Positions 1-12,300 of a stretch of DNA of 64,000 nucleotides are shown in pieces (the stretch's first letter is position 1; the number at the start of each line of letters is the position of its first letter). The stretch spans positions 6,386,001 to 6,450,000 of the forward strand of contig NC_047021.1 of assembly GCF_902652985.1 (NCBI RefSeq), in the 5' to 3' direction. The translations under genes were made by a program, and so were the position numbers. Under the pieces are notes generated by a model. It did not search any database. It saw only the letters and a program-made list of their open reading frames with translations, and was not told the DNA's origin. Origin of the DNA: Pecten maximus (lineage: Eukaryota).

Positions 1-159
1 TTAATGATCCCCGTTCCATCTCGAGCCATGATCGTACAAAATATCATACATTTCACTACCACCATTTGATCACGTGGCCAATATTACAGCGTCACCCATC
101 TCATTATGACAGAGAATACATTGACAATCAAGAACTTGAGAAGAAGTAGAGCTAAAAGA

Positions 160-330
160 GTGAAAAAGACATACATTCTCTTCTGATCCAAACCTAAAAC
201 ATTTATGGCGAGTTTTGATTCGTCGTGTCGACGAAAAGACTAAAAGGTTTATGGGAACCAGGCAAACATTCCAAGATCTGTTGGGACCACTTCTCGGACT
301 CTGACTACGTCGAACAGTTTTTACTTGGTA
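160..330 (+). pseudogene. THAP zinc-finger domain remnant (probable transposase N-terminus), frameshifted
   Basis: Joining two frames at ~244 gives KRHTFSSDPNLKHLWRVLIRRVDEKTK/GLWEPGKHSKICWDHFSDSDY, matching the THAP pattern W..IRR...W.P....IC..HF...DY. Confidence 0.75.
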
Positions 331-578
331 AGGAAATATCGAAAGTGTCACTGTCTACGGCTTTCTTCAAGGGAAAGACGAACTTTTATAAAGGAACACA
401 AGGAAGATAAGATTGACTTGTTATGATGATGCCATCTTCGCTAGCCAAGGCTTCTGATACGTTACACTCCACGAACCCTTGGCAAATATAGACGTCAGTT
501 CTGGCCCTCTAGCGGTGATTCGAAATTACCACCCTTTACACATGAAATTTTCGACCAATCAAAACAACCGTTACCGAT

Positions 579-2660
579 TTACTTCATTAAAAAAGAATTA
601 TCAACATAAATTTCCTCTACAAAAATATCTTTAAAAATATAGACTACAAAAAAGCACCTCTGTTTCTTACAAATGTTCAGTTGTCCTTGAATTTGATAAA
701 AATAATTGTAATTTTGCTTTAGATGCATGTCTCCATTTTCATCTTTTCTTAAAAAAGGAAAGTTGTTATTTAGAGAAATTGCATTATTTCTACCTTTATA
801 ATTGACATTTGACCTCTACAATGTCACCCTGGCTTGTTACGCCATCTGGTGAGGCAGCAAGCAAGTTGTTATTAATGCCAACCCTCAAACCACACGAGTT
901 GACTGTTATACCATTAACTTCTTCAATTTTTTTAATAGCAGCCCTCTCAAAAGTTTGTCCATGGATGATGGCCGGTGAAGTGAGTCTGGCAGGCCTGAAG
1001 TGAGTCTGGCAGGCCTGAAGAGAGACTGGAACAGCTGTTCCTTATTTCTACGGTCTGTTGCCTTACAAATCTCACCAAATCTGGAGGATGTCAAACGCCA
1101 TCTTCTCTCCTAGTGCCATTTCTTGCACACACTTTGCTTCTTTGTAGTTTCTTCAATCTCCAGGACCTCTTCCATAGATGACACCTATAGAAAACAGAAA
1201 CATATTTCCATTGTTAGGATTTAATTAATGTAGCAAACATTGGCTATCTGAGTTACTTGTAGATAATGTACAAACCTCATACTGAACCCAATTTCTTTTC
1301 TTTTGAATAATTTGACAAAGTTCACTAATAAGAAACTTTGTAAATAACCCATTGGTATAATCATTCTATCTGTATTATTTGTATGATCCCATTCGCTGCA
1401 ATTACTTTCTTTACAGTTTATGCAATATCCTTCATCAAGTATCAGTGTTTATATTTTGGATGGGGGAGTGGCAGAAAATGGTGTTAAGCAAAATTCTTTG
1501 ACAATCATGTATGCCTCATAAGGAAATAAAGCATTATATAACATATTTCTTTGATTTTGATAGCCATACCTTAATTCCGGTATCAACCCAATGTTCTGTC
1601 ATTGGTAGTGTAGTGTAGTCATGGTCTCTTGCTGCCACTTGTATATTTGCCTTCAGCGTAAGATATCTGTTTCAAAATTACTGAATGTTATGTGTGCAAT
1701 TCCCTTTATATACTATTTAGTAATATCATAATACAAAGTGTTGCATTGTCTATAATCAGCAAGACATTAATAGTAGACAATGCAATGTAGTTTGAAATTT
1801 GACTGTTTTTTGAGAGGTTAAATATCCCTAAATTGAGGTTGTATATTCTTTATAGCCATCATATTGGAATGAATATACTAAACTAAAGTAAAACAGTTAT
1901 CAATAGTAGCAGTTCTGGTTTACTGGTAAATGCTTATTATATGCACGCTTTATAATATCTTGTAAATCATAAATTTATCACTATATATCATTTCTTATGA
2001 CAATATGTCTTGGACCCATAAAAAAACAGCACATAATTATATATATAATAATGAAAACAGAAACAATTGTACAACAACAGCAAAAATAAAGAAAGCCTTG
2101 TGGGTATGTTCATTGACTTCCGTAACATGTTACCACCATAATTCAACGTTCTGAAAAGGAACTGAAATTTTCAATTAACCAAAGTCGAATTTATAAAACA
2201 ATGAGTTTCTTTGAAAACTTCAACTTTGTAAAATTGCATTCAGCAATATAAAATGGAGCCATTTTCAGAAATGACTATCTGCCACTGGTTTATTGATTTA
2301 GGTTTTGATAATTCTTCTTCGGTTTGTGAAAGTTTGTAGATGACCTATGCAACATCCCCGAATAGCAAGCCTACCAGTTTCAACTGTATAAGCACATGGA
2401 GAATAGCTGGGACATGCTTGCAAATCCCACATGGACCTTTGCCAGCTGGACATTCACAATCGGTATTTATTATTTCACCATTTGCTCCAAGTATAACCTT
2501 GTAGTTGTAAGAAATCTGTAAAAACCATACCCCATTGGACTAAATTACAGTGTTGCAAATCTTAAGCCTTGAAACATGGTTTTAAGAGCTAAAATCATGT
2601 GACTTAACGGGGTCATTTTGACTAATCAGCGTAATTAAAGCGTTTTCTGCTGTTATCGGA
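579..2660 (-). pseudogene. Spliced SWIM zinc finger + YqaJ/lambda-exonuclease (PD-(D/E)XK) gene, inactivated
   Basis: SWIM motif NTDCECPAGKGPCGICKHVPAIL at ~2400-2470. Exon 1570-1666 (AARDHDYTTLPMTEHW). Exon 579-1184 reads RLTSSRFGEICK...PAIIHGQTFERAA...CGL...LAASPDG...IVEVKC...YQIQGQLNI. Contains stops, frameshifts and a 20-bp duplication at 976-1015. Confidence 0.85.
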
Positions 2661-3889
2661 TAACCTGTACATGGATAGCTAACTTCAAGTGAGTATTTTG
2701 TCAAAAACTAATCAGAATATTTCAGAAAAACAATAAAATAACCAATTTATCTATATCCGCTTCGAGTGGAAAAGTTTCAACGAGGTGAAAACAAAGGTAA
2801 GCTCCGATTTGTCAAAAACGGAAAACTTTTACTTTCATTGCTCATAGCTGCAGTAAAAATATAAGTTTTATTAGATTGAAAAAAAAATATTTCACTGGCA
2901 AAAATGCAATAAAACGGTTTACTTGTTAGATGAAGCAGAAGCCGTTTACTCTCCCGAAACACCTGGGTTTTTCCCTGTAATTTACAGGGATCTGTATGTA
3001 AATGTATGGTTGTATCATACTTTAACATTCCTTTCTTCTTTTAAATTGAAATTACGATTTATTTTGTGTATTGTTCTATTGACATTTATTGTTGCTTGGG
3101 ATTTGGATACTGAAGTACATGGTCGGGCTATCAAAAGTCTCCACCGTCCATCGCCCTGACTGGGAAATATTTCCATGTGTGATATAGTTAGATGTGTCCT
3201 GTCCTTGTTGATAGACCTAGATTCACATGTCGTCGTAGGGAACGGTGACCGTATCATGTAATGTAGGAAAACTTAAAACTTGATAGTGAACGTGAACTTG
3301 TAGCCATGTGTAAAATGTCAGTTTAGTTTGTGTAAAATGTCAATTTAGTTTGTACATACATGTATAGTGTTAGATGCGGTCTCTTGTCACTCAGATGACG
3401 GAGCATAAATCTGCCCGGAATAATTGGTTCATACGACTAACCTGTAAATAGCATGTGTACAATGTAGCAAGTTTATCTATAGAAGTAGTCCTCCGAGTCC
3501 TTGTTTACCGATCATCGGTGTTTTATTTATTCAAATTACATGTACACATGCATACCAACATGTTAATTATAAAACACATACATGATAAATGTCGTTCCTG
3601 CTACACAGCCTCTATCGATTGCGTGTACCATGTGACGACATAGCGTGTCGTGTGTGATACATACCCGGCTGACGACGGTGTATTTAGAAATATCACCGAC
3701 CTGTGACCTCATTTCCTTTAAACATTTAAACCTCAGCACACACAGCTCGTGTTTATTGTGGAGAAGTACAATCCGCGGACAAGGTAAGGTGAGCGAGAGG
3801 TTTGTTTACTTCCCGGTGTGTTGTGTTGGTACGATTATTATTTCTATTTTGATCACTTAATGTAGATTTATATAATTAATATACCTAAC

Positions 3890-3923
<34 letters not shown>
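3890..3923. repeat. (TA)n(TG)n microsatellite
   Basis: tatatatatgtgtgtg... seen directly. Confidence 0.95.
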
Positions 3924-3928
<5 letters not shown>

Positions 3929-4207
3929 TATAAATCTATCAATGCTACCATCGAGAGAGTATGTTTTGGTGTGGACATGCTTTGTACGTTCACACCTTTC
4001 TCGAACTTTCGTATGCACTAAGAAAACTTACATTCATCATGCTTCTAAATCCTGGGTTTCTCTGTCAAACAAATCCTTTTCCAGTAAACCCACCACCCCA
4101 TTCCCTCTATCTGGCGAACTCGGTATCAAACAACGGTAGTGGAGAAATACATCCTTATAATAGTTACACTTGTGGGCAACAATAATAATAATAAAAAAAA
4201 CCCAGCA

Positions 4208-4268
4208 CGCGTGCACCCCAGCCCCTAATTCGCCGGTCGCGTGCACCCCAGCCCCTAATTCGCCGGTC
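4208..4268. repeat. 30-bp two-copy tandem duplication
   Basis: cgcgtgcaccccagcccctaattcgccggt x2. Confidence 0.9.
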
Positions 4269-4624
4269 CGCATGATTACTTTACTAATTTTTATCAAAAT
4301 AACAAGAATCAATATGTTCGTTAATAAATAGCCTGTTACTAAATGAAACAAACTCCGAAGGAGGTAAACAGCCAACAATTTAGAAATAACCTTAGCCCTG
4401 AAGAAAATGATTAGCTATTTCGTAATACAGTTGTAGTATTTAGGGTGACTGTTGAATATTTCATATTTCGTAATATCTCCAATTGCTGTTTTCCGAGAAA
4501 TACGAAGTAGATTGTGATCTAATTTCCCAACAACTCATTGTTATTCATGAAATCTCCCATTACACGTGTGTTACACAATATGCCGTCGGACTGTGACAGC
4601 ACGTCAATAATGGCCTGTTCCGGT

Positions 4625-4920
4625 ACAGGTAAACCAATATTACAGGTAAACCAATATTACAGGTAAACCAATATTACTGGTAAACCAATACTGCTGGTAA
4701 ACCAATACTACTGGTAAACCAATACTGCTGGTAAACAAATACTACTGGTAAACCAATATTACAGGTAAACCAATATTACAGGTAAACCAATATTACAGGT
4801 AAACCAATATTACAGGTAAACCAATATTACAGGTAAACCAATACTGCTGGTAAACAAATACTACTGGTAAACCAATACTACTGGTAAACAAATACTACTG
4901 GTAAACAAATACTGCTGGTA
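4625..4920. repeat. 17-bp minisatellite
   Basis: Unit acaggtaaaccaatatt / actggtaaaccaatact, ~17 copies. Confidence 0.95.
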
Positions 4921-5396
4921 GTTTATGTCAGCCTCGTGGTCAACACAACGAGCCAAGTACACATATATTTAGAATACTTAACACACGACAACAAGTTTGT
5001 TTCCTCTGGCATGAACGCCACTCAATTAAGTATTTGAATATGAACATAATACACATACATGTATTATATGCCAACCTCAACAGTGGCTCTGATAGATAGC
5101 CCGGCCTCTGAAGAAGATAAAAGGTCCTATCAACCTATCGGCCCATATCCCTGCCAGGTTCATATTAATTCAAAATCAACTCCCCATCAAGAAAACATAA
5201 ACACCTTTTATGTAAAATAAGAGTAGACCCATAGTATAACGAGCTGCCTACCAAACAATCGATACCCGTAATATGGTGTTTAGGGTAACCATGACTACGG
5301 AGAGAAGTCTCTATAGCCAAAACAAACTACCGATGAACGCTATGGAGTATATCGAGATGGTTCTAGGAACCCGACTTTCTGTAGAGGTGCCACAGT

Positions 5397-5724
5397 GTGA
5401 TTCAGTAGCTATCACGGACCAGAAAAGCTTTATTAGCAGGGTAAAAAAGTAACGATTTATTTCGTCGTTGGGTGGCAGGTGATTCAGTAGCTACCACGGA
5501 CCAGAAAAGCTTTATTACCAGGGTAAAAAAGTAACGATTTATTTCGTCGTTGGGTGGCAGGTGATTCAGTAGCTACCACGGACCAGAAAAGCTTTATTAC
5601 CAGGGTAAAAAAGTAACGATTTATTTCGTCGTTGGGTGGCAGGTGATTCAGTAGCTACCACGGACCAGAAAAGCTTTATTACCAGGGTAAAAAAGTAACG
5701 ATTTATTTCGTCGTTGGGTAGCAG
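5397..5724. repeat. 82-bp tandem repeat x4
   Basis: gtgattcagtagctaccacggaccag...gggtggcag starting at 5397, 5479, 5561 and 5643. Confidence 0.95.
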
Positions 5725-5829
5725 ACGCTCCTCGGAGTAAGTCAATTGTTGGCTGGTCTTATCACGGACTTAGTTATATAGAGGAACCTCTTCAGTAGGA
5801 GTAATACAACGACACACACAGGCAAGAGA

Positions 5830-7458
5830 ACATCAACTACCGGACAAAGACATCAACTACCGGACAAAGACATCAACTACCGGACAACAACATCAACTAC
5901 CGGACAGAGACATCAACTACCGGACAAAGACATCAACTACCGGACAAAGACATCAACCACCGGACAAAGACATCAACCACCGGACAAAGACATCAATCAC
6001 CGGACAAAGACATCAACTACCGGACAAAGACATCAACTACCGGACAAAGACATCAACCACCGGACAAAGACATCAACCACCGGACAAAGACATCAATCAC
6101 CGGACAAAGACATCAACTACCGGACAAAGACATCAACCACCGGACAAAGACATCAACTACCGGACAAAGACATCAACTACCGGACAAAGACATCAACTAC
6201 CGGACAACGACATCACCCACCGGACAAAGACATCAACTACCGGACAAAGACAAACCACCGGACAAAGACATCAACCACCGGACAAAGACATCAACCACCG
6301 GACAACGACATCAACCACCGGACAACGACATCAACCACCGGACAACGACATCAACCACCGGACAGAGACATCAACCACCGGACAGAGACATCAACCACCG
6401 GACAAAGACATCAACCACCGGACAAAGAAATCAACTACCGGACAAAGACATCAACTACCGGACAAAGACATCAACTACCGGACAAAGACATCAACCACCG
6501 GACAAAGACATCAACCACTGGACAAAGACATCAACTACCGGACAAAGACATCAACCACCGGACAAAGACATCAACCACCGGACAAAGACATCAACCACCG
6601 GACAAAGACATCAACTACCGGACAAAGAAATCAACTACCGGACAAAGACATCAACTACCGGACAAAGACATCAACCACCGGACAAAGACATCAATCACCG
6701 GACAAAGACATCAACCACCGGACAAAGACATCAACTACCGGACAAAGACATCAACTACCGGACAAAGACATCAACCACCGGACAAAGACATAAACCACTG
6801 GACAAAGAAATCAACTACCGGACAAAGACATCAACCACCGGACAAAGAAATCAACCACCGGACAAAGACATCAACCACCGGACAAAGAAATCAACTACCG
6901 GACAAAGACATCAACTACCGGACAAAGACATCAACTACCGGACAAAGAAATCAACTACCGGACAGAGACATCAACCACCGGACAAAGACATCAACCACCG
7001 GACAAAGACATCAACCACCGGACAAAGAAATCAACCACCGGACAAAGACATCAACCACCGGACAAAGAAATCAACCACCGGACAAAGACATCAACCACCG
7101 GACAAAGACATCAACCACCGGACAAAGAAATCAACCACCGGACAAAGACATCAACCACCGGACAAAGAAATCAACCACCGGACAAAGACCTCAACCACCG
7201 GACAAAGACATCAACTACCGGACAAAGACATCAACCACCGGACAAAGACATCAACCACCGGACATAGACATCAACTACCGGACAAAGAAATCAACTACCG
7301 GACAAAGACATCAACCACCGGACAAAGACATCAACCACCGGACAAAGACATCAACCACCGGACAAAGACATCAATCACCGGACAGAGACATCAACCACAG
7401 GACAAAGAAATCAACTACCGGACAAAGACATCAACTACCGGACAAAGACATCAACCAC
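5830..7458. repeat. 20-bp minisatellite, ~80 copies
   Basis: Unit acatcaac(t/c)accggacaaag. Confidence 0.97.
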
Positions 7459-9330
7459 GTGTAGTTGATGAATGATAAATAGTGGTAAAGTCATTGCTTT
7501 TTAACGTGGCAGTCAATATGTATTTATTTACATGTTTTACAAAAGTTCGAGATCCTATGCTACACTGTACCGTTAGTACAAGCCTGTATAAGGAAAGGTC
7601 AAGAGTACTTCTTAGTTATACGTAGACGAACGTGGATTTCAAGGTATGTCTAGTCATCTATACTGGCTATACAGATAACATGTTTCCTTGATCACATGCT
7701 CTACCGACTGACAGCGGTACAACACAGACACATGGGGTGTCTTTTGGCGATAGGCGTATATCAATTCAGACCAGATTTATATGAGGGGGCAATAGGTCTA
7801 GCTCAATTCATGTAGTATGGTCTGCCTGCTGTTGTTGCAAAGGTGATGTGAGAATCCTGTTTTTGCAATGGAGGCAGTGTGGTTCTCTTGTTCTTGTGCT
7901 TGCTATGGAGGTGGAGGTTCTTGCTCCTAGGACATGCTTTCTACTTTGTTCTCGATGTTCGGGCGTTAAAACCATTGCTTCCGTGTACAGGAAACCAAAA
8001 ACAATGTTCTTGTTGACATCTAAAGCCACCCGTGGTGTTACCCGGACATACGATGGTCGATATTAACAGAAGGAGTAAGGGTTTAGTGCTTCCTCCAGGA
8101 AAACACATTGATCACACGTAACGTTTCCTCACACGTTGTTCCCTGTTTGTTAGATAATAAGGTAGAATTGACAGAGTCGACCGTCATGGCTATTCCTCTT
8201 TTAATACGTTCCTATGAAACGTTTTTATTTCAAACATTATTAAATCGAATGTTTCTAACTAACCCGGGACGAAGGTCGTGTTCTATGAAGGCCACGGGAT
8301 GCTGTGGACATAAGCAACTGCCTTTGTTTAACAAAAAGACACGAGCTTCATGGTCACAACCATGAAAATGAATGTGCTGGAATATTAATGTAATTCGTCT
8401 GATATAATGTAAGACAGGGGCATATTATCATATTTGACACCTTGCATGAGTATGGTTGACAGTCGCTTAAATCCAGATGATTTCACTTACACACCTTTGA
8501 AAGTTCCTATCTGTCAAAACATTTTGAATCGCTTCTGAAATACAAAGAGATCTATTAAACAATGCTAGGACGAAGAGATAAATATTTGTTGAAATGTAGA
8601 GTTGTCCAATGGCAGTGCCTGAAAGGTCAAATATTAAAAGCATTATTTCTTTATTTCTGAACTTACTTGATTGACCTTTAGCGTAGTATTGTATGAACGA
8701 ATGATTCACGCAAAGAAAGTCTGTACTTGAATATGTTCAAATGAAGATGTATTATGTGTAGTAACGGTATTTAACTGGTTTAGATATAAAACTTACACAC
8801 TTCATCCTTCAGTCTGATGTGTAACTTTAAAAAGCGGTGCAGGCCCATGGAGCCTTTTGCTTATAGGATATAAATAGTAACAACATGTGGTTTCCTCGAT
8901 AACCGAGTGGTTTTTAATACACATGCACTATTTTACAGTGTACGTTTTTCACATTCAATTTATTGAATTTTTACTTTTTGATCTCATCGTATGTGACTGT
9001 CAAGGCCATGAGCGCCAGATAATTTCGTGCTGTGCTGTCCTCGGTTGTAATTACTGCCATTTTACACCTGAATATCGTCTTGGTGTTTGTTATAATATTT
9101 CCTTCATTTCTAATTCGAGATTTAAATGAGGTAACCCCTAGATCAGAGAAAACACACAAATGAATAAATAACACATACTTTACCCACGTTACCAGACGGA
9201 AGCTTTAAGTGTAGCCCAGGACACAGCCAGCATTAATCACAGGCTAGTCTGTGCAATCCCATTTGAGTAATTCTTACTTTCTCATTTTTCAGAGTTTTTT
9301 TTCTGAAGACCAAGAAGAATAATAACCATA

Positions 9331-9337
9331 ATGGCAG
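9331..9337 (+). CDS. Gelsolin-like coding exon 1 (ATG GCA G); 5' UTR part starts at acceptor 9293
   Basis: Polypyrimidine tract and ag at 9291-9292, ATG at 9331, donor gtaagg at 9338; phase matches the next exon. Confidence 0.8.
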
Positions 9338-12300
9338 GTAAGGCGAATTTCAATTCATATTTGTTTAATTAGTTGATGACAACTCACGTTCAATGAACAA
9401 CTGGTAAATGTCCACAAGGCATACACAACATATACTATCGGTTGACATCCGGCCTGTTGGAATTGAAGACGATCAAGACTTCATGTACTTTTAATTCTCC
9501 TAATGAAATCTCGAGAAATATTTGATACTTTGGTACATGCTGATGCTATTTATCAGTTATTGTAACATACCTTGTCCTGCGTTGTGTTAACATTATACCA
9601 TGTAACACTTTGATTACCAATGAATTCTTATCTTTACCGACCCTTGAACGCAAATGACCTGCATAAAGACCCTTTTGGCCTTTTGCAACTTTCCTATGTT
9701 TAGATCATATGATAAAAATCGTTTTGATTTAGGAAATGTGATGTTAGTACATGAAGCAAGGCGTCATCAGTATGACTCAAACCTCCCAATAAATTAACAC
9801 CGTGCACTTTAGATCTACCTACATACAGTTACTTAGTAAATCCCATGTGTAACATACCAATCATTGTTAACAATGTTAGGAATGTCTCTCCCGTCAATTA
9901 CAACAGACAGTCGGTTATATGATGTATCATCTATTGGCTGGCGCTATTTATAAATGACACATTTTCCTGAATCTTTCTTTCTAAACATAACAGGTACATA
10001 ACACGCATCAGTATAACAGTGGTGATCATTAAAATATGATAACGAGGCTAAATCTTCAAAATTCAAAACAACAGAAGACTGTGTTATTTACATAAAAGCA
10101 GCAATATTTTGTGGATTAATTATAACAGCAGTAAAAAAAGTGATGTGTATAACCGATTTCAAATTATTATTAATGGTTAAAGTGCTGATAATGTTCAACA
10201 AGAAATACACTACATTAAAAAACAAAAACAAAAAAACAGTAAATGAAAGGTCAGTTCTAAATAATATTGTTTAGATCATTTAAAGCAGCGTTATAGCTGC
10301 CTGATTGGTATAATACATACCACACCTGTAAAGTCAATGTCACTGACAGGTATAATACATACCACACCTGTAAAGGCAGTCAATGTCACTGACAGGTATA
10401 ATACATACCACACCTGTAAAGGCAGTCAATGTCACTGACAGGTATAATACATACCACACCTGTAATGTCAGTGTACAGTATATCACTGACAGGTACAATA
10501 ACACATACCACACCTGTAAAGGCAGTCAATGTCACTGACAGGTATAATACATACCACACCTGTAAAGGCAGTCAATGTTAATGACAGGTATAATACATAC
10601 CACACCTGTAAAGCCAGTCTATATCACTGACAGGTATAATACATACCACACCTGTAAAGCCAGTCAATGTCACTGGTAGTTATATACTACATGTTCCATT
10701 TAACCCACCCTATGTATACCAAACCTGTAAAGCCAGTCTATATCACTGGTAGTTATATACTACATGTTCCATTTAACCCACCCTATGTATACCAAACCTG
10801 TAAAGTCAGTCAATGTCACATTTAAGGCATGTTTATCATTCCAGGGTTGATTAAACAGAAACAGTACGATTGGAAGGACACGAACCTCGCCCTGTTTGGC
10901 TCAGATACCGAGAGACAGGTGAAAAGTAAGTAAATATATGTGACACATTAATTCTGTCGAAACCTTCTAATCAGCTAAGCTGTCACAATTAGGTCGATGG
11001 TCTTGGGTCTGCGAGCAAAAGTCTCAATTTTGATTCGGTGCACACCATGGGTTATACACAGTAGTCTTATAATGCTTCGGTTATGTATTACCAGTTACAA
11101 TTACCTGTATTTGTTAAAATGGCTTTTATTCAGAACTGACGACAGAGTTGACGGTTATATAAAACAGACATTGTAGTGTCTTCTTAATAGAGGTTACAAT
11201 AGATCGGCTCCCCTTTATGTAATAAAAGTTTGTCGAAAATAACATAATGATATACCCTCATTATAAAGCTAAATTATCATACTAAATCCTAGGTGAATCA
11301 TAAGCACTCCGTCTATGTGATATTGGCAGGAAAGTCCCACTAAAACAAGGAAGCATGATGGTTGTTCCTTGTCATGATTAATTTGTTGGTTTAATTCATA
11401 TGATCATTTACCTAAGGCGGGTAATGTATAGGACACATAGCGTGTTTGTTGTTCTGACAGGAACTCGTCTGTTCTCGTATGATAATCAGTTATAGATCAG
11501 GAAGAACCTCCCTCAAACTCTTCATTCTATTCCGGAAATATCTGACACATTCTAGTTCACGTACAATGTGACACACACAAATATAGGCTATATATCGTCA
11601 CTCATAGTCTTTTTATTCTCACATACTTAACAGGGTCATCCCGCGGTTGCTAGGGAAAAGATTAATCGATCTCACAAAAAAAGGGGGTTGGGGGTTGGGT
11701 GGGTAAAACTGTCTACAATTCTCATGCTATCTGGCAAACAGGGATTTATATATCCCTGTCCACGGAACAGACCCATGGTAGATTCTAGTATGCTCACATA
11801 TTTCACGGGGTTATCCGACGGTTGCTAAAGAAAAGATAAATCGATCTCACACAGGTCGGTAAAACAGCACGCGCTATATAACGCTGCTCACAATAACGCA
11901 ACGTCTTCATATTACGTTGAAGTAAAAAAAGTATGACGTCATCATTTGCGACTTGGTTACTCAACGTAAAAAATGATGGCGTTATTGTGAGCATTAACAG
12001 CGTCATATAGCGTGTGTCGGCTGTCTATACACCCCACCCCCCTTGTTGAGACAAGCTACCACATGTGCATTTCGTCACGTCAACAATACTATAACGTCAC
12101 GGCGACAATACAATCACGTGAGGTCAAAATTTCCTTGCATTGTTGTAACGTCCATATTAGATACATAAGAGGGTTAGCATGAAAAGAGAAAAATAATCAT
12201 TCGCACTCATGAAAATATCGATATTCTGTCATACTCGTGAAATATATGTTATATTAAACGGGAAACTATTCAATATCCTCTATATCTTGTATTTTGCCAG

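Larger units (their letters stand above)
1..3452. mobile_element. Decayed ISL2EU-like (PIF/Harbinger-related) DNA transposon; ends uncertain
   Basis: A THAP ORF convergent with a SWIM-YqaJ ORF fits the two-gene layout of ISL2EU-type elements. No DDE core is visible and the termini are not established. Confidence 0.55.

Noticed and set aside
7808-8365. Short ORFs in non-repetitive sequence
   Set aside because: No recognisable domain or consistent splice structure.
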